Of a DNA stretch of 64,000 nt, positions 32,934 to 42,032 are shown one piece after another (the first letter of the stretch is position 1; every line of letters starts with the position of its first letter). Origin of the DNA: a virus (taxonomy: Duplodnaviria > Caudoviricetes); the IMG/VR virus record IMGVR_UViG_3300020414_001694, positions 11,242 through 75,241 of that record; one strand, written 5' to 3'. Both the position numbers and the translations under genes were made by a program. The notes below the pieces were generated by a model. The model saw only the letters and a program-made list of their open reading frames with translations, searched no databases and was not told where the DNA came from.

Positions 32934-34523
32934 TTATTCCGTCTCAACAATTCCGTGAGAAGTGGTAATAAGTGTGCCTGCTGCGGATACAGCGTTTAGG
33001 AGGGCAGTTTTTGTTACCTTTAATGGGTCGATAACTCCAGTCTCGTAAAGGTTGCTAACTTCACCTGTTGCAAAGTTGTAACCTGAACCTGTTTCTGCTT
33101 CTCTCACAGTCTTCTCAGTCAAGTCAACTGAAAGTCCAGCATTCGATGCCATCTTGCGAAGTGGTGCTGAAACTGCTGACAAAACAATTCTCGCTCCAAG
33201 TGCCTGGTCGTTGTTCTCAGTCCCAAGGGTGTCGAACGGAACCTCGCTAAGTCGTTGAGATGCCTGAACTAATGCTGTTCCACCACCTGCTACGGTTCCG
33301 TCTTCTTGCGCTGAACGAACTGCCTGTAGAGCATCCTCTGCTCGGTGAAGTGCTTCCATCATTTCTATCTCGGTGCTTCCACCAATCTTTAAAATAGCAA
33401 CACCAGAAGCAAGACGATTAACACGAGTCTGAATTCTCTCACATTCTTTAAGAGAGTCTGTTTGCTGAATCTCTGCCTTTAACTGCTCGATTCTCTCTTC
33501 GAGAACGCTTGGGTCACCTGCTCCACCGACAAATGTTGCCCAGTTTTTCTTCGCCTCGCAGACCTTAACTGTGCCCAAATGTGAGACATCTACCTTGGAC
33601 AGAGATTGCTTACCAGCAGGACCAAGGACAGTTGCTCCAACCGAACTTGCTAAATCTTCAAGACAAGCACGTCGGTCTTCTCCATATCCTGGTGCTCGAA
33701 TTGCTGCAACCTTCATTGTACCTCGAACAGTGTTCATAATAAGAGCAGCGAGTGCTTGGTCTTGAACATCCTCTGCAACAATAATAAGTGCTCGTCCTTC
33801 TCTTGAAGCAATTTGTAAAGCAGGAAAGATTTGTTCTACTGCTGAAATAGTTGTATCTGAAACAAGAACAAGTGCGTTCTCGTGTCTCATAGTCCATCTG
33901 CGCTTGTCAGTTACAAACTGAGGTGAAAGATAACCAGAGTCAAACTGAAAACCTTCAATAAGTTCTAAAGAAGTTGTTGAAGAGTTTGCTGGTTCAATAG
34001 TGATAGCACCATCTTTGCCTGCCTTGTCTACTGCCTCGGAAATAAGGTTTCCAAGGTGCTTATCTCCATTGGCAGAGATGGTTGCAATGTGTCGAATATC
34101 GTCGAGCGTTTCAATAGGTCGTGAGACCGTCTCTAACTCTGTTGTAAGAGCAGTTACTGCCTTATCCATTCCTCTCTTAATTTCCACTGGTGAAATACCC
34201 GCAGAGAGGTGTGCTGTCGCTTGACGAAAGATTTCGTGAGACAAGATAGTAGAAGTGGTTGTTCCGTCTCCTGCTTCGTCTGCTGTGACTTGTGCTGCCT
34301 GCTTAATAACCTGTGCTCCCAAGTTTGCAACAGGGTCAGAAAGTGAAACGAAAGAAGCAACCGTTACACCATCTTTGGTGATAACTGGGTTTTCACCCTT
34401 CTTTTGTAGAATAACATTTCTACCTTTAGGTCCGAGAGTAGCGCCAACATTTTCTGCTAATGTTGTTACACCCTCCAATAGTTTAGTTGATAGTTCTTGA
34501 TTATTAGAATAGACTTTGCTCAA
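32934..34523 (-). CDS. groEL: Group I chaperonin
   Basis: TLGPKGRNV, ITKDG, GDGTTTS, VAGGG, GVIDP; no GGM tail. Confidence 0.96.
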   Translation of the reverse strand: MSKVYSNNQELSTKLLEGVTTLAENVGATLGPKGRNVILQKKGENPVITKDGVTVASFVSLSDPVANLGAQVIKQAAQVTADEAGDGTTTSTILSHEIFRQATAHLSAGISPVEIKRGMDKAVTALTTELETVSRPIETLDDIRHIATISANGDKHLGNLISEAVDKAGKDGAITIEPANSSTTSLELIEGFQFDSGYLSPQFVTDKRRWTMRHENALVLVSDTTISAVEQIFPALQIASREGRALIIVAEDVQDQALAALIMNTVRGTMKVAAIRAPGYGEDRRACLEDLASSVGATVLGPAGKQSLSKVDVSHLGTVKVCEAKKNWATFVGGAGDPSVLEERIEQLKAEIQQTDSLKECERIQTRVNRLASGVAILKIGGSTEIEMMEALHRAEDALQAVRSAQEDGTVAGGGTALVQASQRLSEVPFDTLGTENNDQALGARIVLSAVSAPLRKMASNAGLSVDLTEKTVREAETGSGYNFATGEVSNLYETGVIDPLKVTKTALLNAVSAAGTLITTSHGIVETE

Positions 34524-34551
34524 AGCAACCTCCAGTTTGTTGTCTTTTCTT

Positions 34552-34580
34552 ATTATATGGTATGTTTTTGAATTTGTAAA
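34552..34580 (-). promoter_or_regulatory. sigma70-like promoter of groEL
   Basis: TTTACA-N17-TATAAT. Confidence 0.75.
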
Positions 34581-34583
34581 GGA

Positions 34584-36209
34584 TTAATTTTCTTCTTTCT
34601 CAAGTCTCTCAGCAATGTCGAGTAGTTTCCCGAGGTACTTGGTTTTCTCAACGTAGTGACGAACATTCTTTATTGTTTCGCCCTTGCCTTCAACTCTCAT
34701 TCTTATTTCGATTAGAGTCTCATTGTTCCCATCATCTCTGATAAGAATTTTAGGAAAACCGCTTGAAGACTGAGTATACTTAACCCCTAGTTTAAAGTTC
34801 TCTCTTCTCCTAAACACGTCTTCCAGTTTATCATCAAAGTTTAGTACTTTGTAATCGCCACCGTCGAAGTCAACTAAGAAAACACCCTTCTCGCCTCCAG
34901 TTGCTGCCTTTCGGACACCATACATGATGCTCTGGATAACATCAACTTGCTCTTCTGGTTTGTCTCTTCGAAGTGCTGGTTCCCTGGCAAGTTCATCAAC
35001 AATATCTTTGTAAACTGCTTGCCCTGCTGCGATAACCGCTGCTTTTTCTCTATTTGAAACTGCGGTTTTCCAAGGTTCCTCAAGTGCTGAGTCGGGTTTT
35101 ATTCCAAACATGTCAGAAAGCAAACCTGAAAGTTTATTCCAGTCGCCGCTACCAACTTGACCCATCGTCTTAGAACCTGCTTTTAGTGAAATGCTTCCGA
35201 GTTTGGTAAACTTGCCATCAACTTTAACTTGAACATCTACTTTGGTGCCTGTTTGGTCCGAGACACCATCTGAAATAACTTCTATCACGTTAGGGTTCTT
35301 GTCCATTTCCTGCTGCATTGCTTCATCAACAATCGCTTCGCCGTTGACGTATGCTACTGCTGACTTATAGTGATTAGACAACTCTGAGTGCCATTTTGGG
35401 TCCACCAGTCCTTCATAGTTTCCAGTAGATAAAGCAACCCTAAACGAAATTTCGTCTACTCCATTTTTGCCTTTGAGAGTCTTGTCTACCTTTTTGGGGT
35501 TATCCTTCTCGGCATCGGGTCTAACACTTATCATCTCCAGTACTTTCTTGACTGCTGAATCTGTAACCTTGAGTTCAGGGTTCATAAACTTTGCATAAAG
35601 GGCAGCACCAAGGATGCCTTCCGCAATGTCGCCCTTGTTTATGTTTTTGCCAAAAGGTTTGTAAACATATTTTGCAAGATTTCTCTTTCCGCTCTTAACC
35701 ACATATCCAATTGGAGTGCTCTTGTCGGTTGCCAGGAGAGTGTTGATAGCGGTAGCGTCTGGAAAACTGGTCTGAAGAACAGATTTCAAAGCATCCATCA
35801 ATCCCGCTTCTTGTCTAAGAAAGGTGGGTACTCCTATCTTTCTTAACTTTGGGTCGCCATAAACCGTAATATCTTCCAAGTTTACGTCTGGACTGTTTGC
35901 CTTGACAAATTCTTTTGTAGCAGCGAGTACTTTTGCGTCTAGTTCTGCGTCAACCTGTTCCTCCAAAACACCAAAACCAGCAGGTGCTGACTTTGAGCGT
36001 TCTTTTGGTGGGTCTTCGTCAAATGGTTCACCACCTGTTTTCTTGGTGCCCTTAGTAGACAACCTCATTGAAGAGTGTTTCTTGATAATATCTGAGTCTT
36101 GATAACCCTCTTCCAAGAGAACCTGCTCAACAAGTTCATAAATGGTTTCAGCGTCAATCTTGCTCTTTTTCTCGTAATGCTCTTCAATGAGTTTTTCCCA
36201 ATTTGCCAT
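34584..36209 (-). CDS. PD-(D/E)xK-like protein with putative head-targeting N-terminus
   Basis: GDIAEG, TKVDVQV, ISLK; starts MANWEKLIEE. Confidence 0.55.
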   Translation of the reverse strand: MANWEKLIEEHYEKKSKIDAETIYELVEQVLLEEGYQDSDIIKKHSSMRLSTKGTKKTGGEPFDEDPPKERSKSAPAGFGVLEEQVDAELDAKVLAATKEFVKANSPDVNLEDITVYGDPKLRKIGVPTFLRQEAGLMDALKSVLQTSFPDATAINTLLATDKSTPIGYVVKSGKRNLAKYVYKPFGKNINKGDIAEGILGAALYAKFMNPELKVTDSAVKKVLEMISVRPDAEKDNPKKVDKTLKGKNGVDEISFRVALSTGNYEGLVDPKWHSELSNHYKSAVAYVNGEAIVDEAMQQEMDKNPNVIEVISDGVSDQTGTKVDVQVKVDGKFTKLGSISLKAGSKTMGQVGSGDWNKLSGLLSDMFGIKPDSALEEPWKTAVSNREKAAVIAAGQAVYKDIVDELAREPALRRDKPEEQVDVIQSIMYGVRKAATGGEKGVFLVDFDGGDYKVLNFDDKLEDVFRRRENFKLGVKYTQSSSGFPKILIRDDGNNETLIEIRMRVEGKGETIKNVRHYVEKTKYLGKLLDIAERLEKEEN

Positions 36210-36222
36210 CTTCTTTATTCCT

Positions 36223-36963
36223 TTAGATAATAATATCAGCAATGCCGAAATCAACTGCTTGCTGTGCGTCAAGGTAAATGTTGACTTTCTTGTCAAGAAG
36301 TTTCTTTACCATTCTTCTTGTCATGTCCGTCTCACGTACAAGAACGTCGATATATCGTTCCTGAACCCATTTAATTTCCTCAACCTCATTTTCAATGTTG
36401 TGAATAGGACCGTGAGCACCAGCAATAACAGAGTGAATCATAACACGAGTGTTGCGACCGATTCTGCGACTACCCTTAGTGCCAGAGGCAAGAATTAAAA
36501 CACCTGCTGACATAACCTTGCCGATGCCCGTTGTGATAATCGGACACTCTTCCTGAACGACACGCATCATATCACAAATGCCGAACATGTCAAGTGCTGA
36601 ACCGCCGAAAGTTGATACAATCATCTCGATAGGGAGAGATTTCTCAATGATTTCAGAATTCATGTCAGTTGGGTCTGCAAGAACCTTTTTCTTTCCTGTC
36701 TCACGAAGTGTCAAAAGTCCTGCGACCACTTCGAGTGCCATTCTTTCCGATACGTCGCCAATAACTGGTACGACTCTCGGTTTCTTTTCGGCGGTACTAC
36801 CGCCTGTCATTGGTGGAAGGAGAATGATTGACTTTCCGTCTCCACCGCCTGCGAGTTGTTCAAGCAACTCTTCATCTGTGAGTTCTTCCTCTAACTCTTC
36901 AACTTGTTCTTCCTGAACTTGCTCCTCCTGGATTTTTTCTTCTTTCTTTTTCTTTTTAGGCAT
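36223..36963 (-). CDS. clpP: ClpP-family protein (copy 2) with acidic N-terminal extension
   Basis: TFGGS, MSAG, MIHS, A..FGIAD; Asn at the catalytic Asp position. Confidence 0.85.
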   Translation of the reverse strand: MPKKKKKEEKIQEEQVQEEQVEELEEELTDEELLEQLAGGGDGKSIILLPPMTGGSTAEKKPRVVPVIGDVSERMALEVVAGLLTLRETGKKKVLADPTDMNSEIIEKSLPIEMIVSTFGGSALDMFGICDMMRVVQEECPIITTGIGKVMSAGVLILASGTKGSRRIGRNTRVMIHSVIAGAHGPIHNIENEVEEIKWVQERYIDVLVRETDMTRRMVKKLLDKKVNIYLDAQQAVDFGIADIII

Positions 36964-36991
36964 GGTTTCTCTTTCCTTTTTAGTTTGAACC

Positions 36992-37243
36992 TTATTTCAA
37001 CTTCCTAACATAAAGCGTTCCATTTTCCCAGAACATCTCTATATCTCCCTTTAGGTAAGCAGAAATAGCATTTAAATAATTCTTGACTTGCTCTTCATCG
37101 AACTCTCCTGCCTTTGCTTCCGCAACGACCCATTTCACAACAGAATAAACGATGAAGCACTTCTCTCCATAAAAAACATTGTCTTTATAAAAGAAATGTT
37201 TTCCCTCTTTGATGAGGTTCATTATGAAGTTCTTTGCTTCCAT
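36992..37243 (-). CDS. Hypothetical protein
   Basis: 83-aa ORF. Confidence 0.6.
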   Translation of the reverse strand: MEAKNFIMNLIKEGKHFFYKDNVFYGEKCFIVYSVVKWVVAEAKAGEFDEEQVKNYLNAISAYLKGDIEMFWENGTLYVRKLK

Positions 37244-37279
37244 TGTATATCATTTCTGTCCTACGAAGTCAAGTAAAAA

Positions 37280-38614
37280 TTACTCTTCTTTAGTAAGTAG
37301 AATCTCACGAATGATTTCCTTCACTTGGTCGTGAAGTTTTGCTTCTTCAGCGGTGAGTTTTGGACCATCGGTATAGCGGTCACCCTTTTTCATATTGGCA
37401 AGTTTTTCAATTCTTTTCTTTTTCTCGTCGTCGGACAAATCATCTCTACCCTTGATATCGTTGGCAACCATCTTGCGCCAGACCTCAAAAGGAATCTTGC
37501 TTCGCTTGGTATCAAGTTCGCCTGCTGTTGGGTCACGAAGTTTTCCGTCTTCTCCCGACCTTGCCTGTCCCTGCTTGTAACCAGCAACTTTTTGAGAACG
37601 CTGCGCCTTAGCAAACATTTCTCTTGCACCACCAAGTTCAGCAATCTTTTCGCCTGCTGCTACAATTGCTGGGTCTTGCAAAAGTTCAGGGTCGTGAGCG
37701 GCAACGATAAAGTCAGTAAGACGATTACCTAATTTATCACCTGATTTATCTAAAAGCGCCATCATCCCCCTATACAGAATCTTGCCATTCTTGTTTTTAG
37801 GTTCACGAGTCGAACCATCAAGAAAGTCTGTAAGGTCTTTGGTCGCTTTGGCAAGAACTTGCTTGGCATACTCTGGTGTATAAGGTTTTCCGTCCTTAGT
37901 TTTCATTTCGTCTGCCAATTCTTTTGGAACAAGAAGTGAATCATCACGCAAGTCATAAATGTTAGCATAGATGTCGCCACCAAGAATCTTGATATTGCGA
38001 TATCCGTCAAAAAGTTGAAAGTATCCTCTGTCGTCCTGAACCTCGTCCTGATATTGTTTTGAGATAGTTGCGGTTGGAGCACCAACTGTTCTTGCTCTGT
38101 CCTTATCTCTCTGAATAGAAACTTCTGGTGGAACATTAATTTGAAAAACAGCAACATCGTAACCCGCTTCGTTTAGTTCCTCTGCTCGGACACCCATCTT
38201 CATTACGTCTTCGCCAGTTGTGTCGAAAATAACAGGTGTAGCAGTGTTTAACCAGTTTGCTGTTTTTGCTTGTGAAGCATTTTGAAGTTTTTCACGAAAT
38301 GCTTGTTGTTGCTTCCAGTTGTCCAAGTCTGTTTTATCTGCAAACTTCAAACCAACGCCAAAGTTACCAAATTGTGCTTCAATGTCTTCGTCTGGGTTGG
38401 AAGTTACGAACTCTTCTGGAATACCCAACTTACCTGAGATAAAAGATTTACCAGCGCCAGCAGGTCCAAAGATGAAAATTGCCTTAAACGGATTTGGGTT
38501 ATTCCGAAGTGCAATTTCTTCAAGCGGTTGCGGTTCCTCAAGGAGCATTGTTTTCTTATGCTCTTCGACTGCCTCTTTGATGAGACTTTTTAGGTTTTTC
38601 AAATCTAGTTTCAT
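37280..38614 (-). CDS. Zeta-toxin/AAA_33-like P-loop kinase
   Basis: GPAGAGKS, NPD, IFDTT, GY.V, R...R lid. Confidence 0.75.
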   Translation of the reverse strand: MKLDLKNLKSLIKEAVEEHKKTMLLEEPQPLEEIALRNNPNPFKAIFIFGPAGAGKSFISGKLGIPEEFVTSNPDEDIEAQFGNFGVGLKFADKTDLDNWKQQQAFREKLQNASQAKTANWLNTATPVIFDTTGEDVMKMGVRAEELNEAGYDVAVFQINVPPEVSIQRDKDRARTVGAPTATISKQYQDEVQDDRGYFQLFDGYRNIKILGGDIYANIYDLRDDSLLVPKELADEMKTKDGKPYTPEYAKQVLAKATKDLTDFLDGSTREPKNKNGKILYRGMMALLDKSGDKLGNRLTDFIVAAHDPELLQDPAIVAAGEKIAELGGAREMFAKAQRSQKVAGYKQGQARSGEDGKLRDPTAGELDTKRSKIPFEVWRKMVANDIKGRDDLSDDEKKKRIEKLANMKKGDRYTDGPKLTAEEAKLHDQVKEIIREILLTKEE

Positions 38615-38640
38615 TTATTTACTCCGTTAATAATGACAAT

Positions 38641-38671
38641 AAAAAAGCAGGACATTTTCGTGCCCTGCTTT
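38641..38671 (-). terminator. Intrinsic terminator
   Basis: AAAGCAGGGCAC...GTCCTGCTTT followed by T-run. Confidence 0.7.
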
Positions 38672-38705
38672 ATTCTCTCACACCAAACCAAAAGGTTTAT
38701 TTAAA

Positions 38706-39395
38706 TTATTTAAGAGAACGAAGTCGAGCAACGACTGCTTTGGTGATTTCTTCGAGTTGTTCCTCGCTTGCCTCTTCCATCTTCTCTTCGTCGTCTTCTT
38801 TGCCGTAACCTTCTTCGATTTCTTCTTCGTTGGTTGTGCAATTACCTTCTTCGATTTCTTCTTCGTTGGTTGTGCAGTTTGACTCTTCAAGGGCAGCGTC
38901 TTCGTCAAGAATAGACTGAACTGCTGCTGCGATTCTTTCAGCAAGTGAAGGAGTTGTCTCCTCCATCATCTCTTCTTCTTCTGCTGGTTCCTCTTCACCC
39001 ATGTCCATCTCTGGTTCTGCATCCATCTCTGGTGCATCGTCAGCAGGTGCTTCTTCGTCATCAACTCGCTCTGCGGGAACGCCAGTCTCAGACTCAATAG
39101 CAGCAAGAACTGCGTCTACAAGTGACTCGATTTTCTCTTGTGGAACTTCTTCTTCAGCAGGTGCTTCAGCGTCCATCTCCATCTCTTCTTCTTCGGCAAC
39201 AATCTCTTCGTTTGTTGTCTCAGTCTCCTCAGTGGTAGTCTCCTCAGTTGCCTCGTTGGTCGTCTCTTCAGTTGTAGTCTCTTCAGTATCTTCTGACTGA
39301 ATTTCAACCTTTTCTGAGATACGGTTGAGGGCAGGAATACCAGCAATAGTTGCCATTCTTCTAATCTGTGCTTCTGTAAGCAAGTTCTTCTTCAT
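38706..39395 (-). CDS. Highly acidic scaffold/core-like protein
   Basis: Glu-rich; MKKNLLTEAQIRRM N-terminus. Confidence 0.7.
   Translation of the reverse strand: MKKNLLTEAQIRRMATIAGIPALNRISEKVEIQSEDTEETTTEETTNEATEETTTEETETTNEEIVAEEEEMEMDAEAPAEEEVPQEKIESLVDAVLAAIESETGVPAERVDDEEAPADDAPEMDAEPEMDMGEEEPAEEEEMMEETTPSLAERIAAAVQSILDEDAALEESNCTTNEEEIEEGNCTTNEEEIEEGYGKEDDEEKMEEASEEQLEEITKAVVARLRSLK
38808..38876. repeat. 36-bp-period tandem duplication (NCTTNEEEIEEG x2)
   Basis: 33 identical bp at 38808 and 38844. Confidence 0.9.
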
Positions 39396-39466
39396 TTTCT
39401 TTCTCCTTCTTTGGGAATGATAAAAATTTGGGCGTAAATAGCCAATCACTTTATAAATAGTTAGTT

Positions 39467-39724
39467 TTATGGAAACAGGTCGTCGTTTTTAAGTTTTTTA
39501 CGAACCTTTTCTGTTGCTTTTTTCGCTATTTGGTCAATTCTGACGTGACTTAGGTTCAATCTCAACCCAATATCACGCAAAGTCATCGGTCTTCCATCGT
39601 TGTTGTCGATAGCAATAAGAGCACAGTTTAAATCTCCTTCATAGTCCATCCAAAAACGGCAGTCTTTGTTTTCTTCTGGACAAGACACGTTTAGTTTCTT
39701 GCAAATGTCGCTACATTCTCTCAT
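39467..39724 (-). CDS. Small Cys-rich protein with sigma70 region 4-like HTH
   Basis: MTLRDIGLRLNLSHVRIDQI. Confidence 0.7.
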   Translation of the reverse strand: MRECSDICKKLNVSCPEENKDCRFWMDYEGDLNCALIAIDNNDGRPMTLRDIGLRLNLSHVRIDQIAKKATEKVRKKLKNDDLFP

Positions 39725-40065
39725 AAATCTGGGTGCTCCCTTGCTATTAAGTCGAAGATATCATCTATCTCTTCGTTGTCTAAGTTAAATTGCTTTTCTA
39801 TTTCTTCTTGCTTTTGTTGCGCTTTTTCTTCTATCTCTTGTACTCGTTTAGAACGTTTTCTCGACTTTTTATTGGAGTTATCGTCTATCATACGAATAAT
39901 GTCTTTTGATATTTGATTCTCCTCCAACATACAAGTTACAAGATAGCGAAAAAGTTTAGATTGCGTTAATCCGTACCTATCGAGCATAATTTTTAGTTCT
40001 TTATGACGCTCGTCGGTATCAAAAAATACTATCTTCTTTTTATTTTCTCCGTACTTACCCTCCAT
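39721..40065 (-). CDS. Putative ribbon-helix-helix DNA-binding protein
   Basis: IVFF...HKELK..L..YGLTQSKLFR. Confidence 0.5.
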   Translation of the reverse strand: MEGKYGENKKKIVFFDTDERHKELKIMLDRYGLTQSKLFRYLVTCMLEENQISKDIIRMIDDNSNKKSRKRSKRVQEIEEKAQQKQEEIEKQFNLDNEEIDDIFDLIAREHPDL

Positions 40066-41111
40066 TAAGAGTATCTCCCAAATATGTGAGCATTTGACTC
40101 TTTTTGCGAAGAAGCAGACTGTACAATAAACTTTGCCTTTAGTCTTAACTCCTCTAGAGAGGTTACTCCCGAGTAAGAACACCCTGAACGAATGCCTTGT
40201 TCGAGTTCATAGACGATTTCCGCTACTGGACCTCTGCAAGGAACTGATGTAGCCACACCTTCGAGTGAAGAAAACTTGCCTCTCCAATCTTTTTGCGCTT
40301 CTTTGGATGCCATACCCCGAAAATTTTTACGCAAGTTTCCGTCTGCGTCCTCAAAGGTACTTCCTGGCGTCTCGTCCGTCCCCGAAAGCAACGAACCCAA
40401 CATAACCAAGTCTGCACCTGCTGCAAGTGCCTTGACCGCATCACCTGAGTTGCGAATACCGCCGTCTGCGATAATCATGACTGTTCCTGCATACTGAGAT
40501 TCCGCACAATCAAGAATAGTCTGAAGTCCTGGTACCCCGTGTCCTGTCTGAATACGAGTGGTGCAAATGGAACCTCCTCCAACATTGCAGCGCACAGAAT
40601 CAGCACCCCAGTTAGCAAGTGCTTCATACCCTTCCTTGGTTGCGACATTACCTGCCATGACGTGAAGATAATCAGGTGCCCAAGATTTAATATTGTCTAT
40701 TGCTTCTTGCATCATCTTGTGATGCCCATGAGCAACATCTATACAAATAACTGATGCACCTTTGGCAACAAGTTCCTGAGTTCTCTCCAGATAATCGCCT
40801 GTAACTCCAACGGCAGCGCCGAGTAGAAAACCACCCTTCTTCATAGCAGACTCAACAAGTTGCGCTTGCTTCTCAATAGTGTTGTAGCGATGGATAATCC
40901 CCAAACCGCCCATACGAAACATCATTGCTGCCATGTTAGCACCAGTAATAGTATCCATTGGACTAGAAATAATCGGAATAGCAAGATTAAACCCTGGTTC
41001 AAACGGTACGGACAAGTCTACCTGCGTTCTTGTTTGAATAGAACTATACTGAGGGACAAGCAGAACATCATCATATGTCAATGCTGGTTCTTTGCTTATA
41101 AACTTACTCAT
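40065..41111 (-). CDS. guaC: IMPDH/GMP reductase family, CBS-less; probably GMP reductase
   Basis: TYDDVLLVP, SPMDT, D.AHGH, GSICTTR, ADGG; flap lacks Arg-Tyr dyad. Confidence 0.75.
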   Translation of the reverse strand: MSKFISKEPALTYDDVLLVPQYSSIQTRTQVDLSVPFEPGFNLAIPIISSPMDTITGANMAAMMFRMGGLGIIHRYNTIEKQAQLVESAMKKGGFLLGAAVGVTGDYLERTQELVAKGASVICIDVAHGHHKMMQEAIDNIKSWAPDYLHVMAGNVATKEGYEALANWGADSVRCNVGGGSICTTRIQTGHGVPGLQTILDCAESQYAGTVMIIADGGIRNSGDAVKALAAGADLVMLGSLLSGTDETPGSTFEDADGNLRKNFRGMASKEAQKDWRGKFSSLEGVATSVPCRGPVAEIVYELEQGIRSGCSYSGVTSLEELRLKAKFIVQSASSQKESNAHIFGRYS

Positions 41112-41517
41112 CTTTAGTTTCTCCTTCTTTGGGGACTTTAACCTTCGGCGTACCTTTTTTAATATAATCCTCAACCTCTGGATAGTCTTGCGAATCTGGT
41201 ACAACCTTGTTCCTCCTCTTTTTCGGGTCTTCCTTTTTTATCAGATGCCTATCTAGTGCTGTCTGCTTCTTATAAACGTGTTCTTTTGCTGCCGCCAACC
41301 CATTGTCCCAACAGTCTGGGCAAAAGAGACTTACCCTTTTCTGCTCTCTTCTCTCGACAACAATCCAAGTGTTATGATGCTCCTTGCTCGTTTTGTCAAA
41401 GTCCTTGTAACACATAACACAGCAATCAGGCATTCTATCAAAAGACATTACTTTATCTTTTAGTTCTTTCTCTGCCTTTTTCTTTTTTGCTTTCTGTATC
41501 TTTCTTTTAAGACTCAT
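41104..41517 (-). CDS. CxxC...CxxC zinc-finger protein
   Basis: CCVMC and FCPDC. Confidence 0.65.
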   Translation of the reverse strand: MSLKRKIQKAKKKKAEKELKDKVMSFDRMPDCCVMCYKDFDKTSKEHHNTWIVVERREQKRVSLFCPDCWDNGLAAAKEHVYKKQTALDRHLIKKEDPKKRRNKVVPDSQDYPEVEDYIKKGTPKVKVPKEGETKDE

Positions 41518-41971
41518 CAGTCGAACCTAGAGCGCCGTCGCCTCGGTTAGAAATCGTAATTGGATGCCAATTGTACAAATCTCCCGTACCAGTCTCAAGT
41601 GCTCGAAAATGAACAACTGGGACCATCACTGCCTGAGCAATCTTATCGTGACGTGTAACAATCTGTTCTTCGCTCCCAACATTGTGCAAGTTTACGAAAA
41701 TCTCTCCGTCATACCCAGAATCAACGACACAAGCACCTACAAGCAAACTTCTCTTTGCTGCGACGGAAGAGCGATTCTTAATCTCAAGCATGTACCCATG
41801 AGGAACTCCGACACGGATGCCTGTTTGAAAAAGTTTGCTTTCCCCTGGTTTAATTCGAACTCCCGCTTCAATACTCTCTGGATTAAAAAACAAATCCAAT
41901 CCAGCATCAGAAGGGTTTGCCCTCGTGGGCGGTTTCGCATCTGGGCGAACTCGTGAATACTCAATAATCAT
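41507..41971 (-). CDS. dut: Trimeric dUTPase
   Basis: DAGLDL, RSS, VDSGY.GEI, RG.GA.GST. Confidence 0.95.
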   Translation of the reverse strand: MIIEYSRVRPDAKPPTRANPSDAGLDLFFNPESIEAGVRIKPGESKLFQTGIRVGVPHGYMLEIKNRSSVAAKRSLLVGACVVDSGYDGEIFVNLHNVGSEEQIVTRHDKIAQAVMVPVVHFRALETGTGDLYNWHPITISNRGDGALGSTDES

Positions 41972-41998
41972 AATATCTCCTTTATTTTAACTTTTATC

Positions 41999-42027
41999 AC
42001 TATAACACAGTGTTTTTCTGTTTTCAA
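41999..42027 (-). promoter_or_regulatory. sigma70-like promoter of dut
   Basis: TTGAAA-N17-TATAGT. Confidence 0.7.
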
Positions 42028-42032
42028 GTATT

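Noticed and set aside
5369-39461. T4-type late promoter TATAAATA at 5369 and 39452
   Set aside because: It lies on the plus strand, antisense to the adjacent genes; better explained as the reverse complement of ACTATTTA
40065-41111. IMP dehydrogenase (guaB) label
   Set aside because: The flap lacks the Arg-Tyr dyad, so GMP reductase is preferred; unconfirmed without an assay
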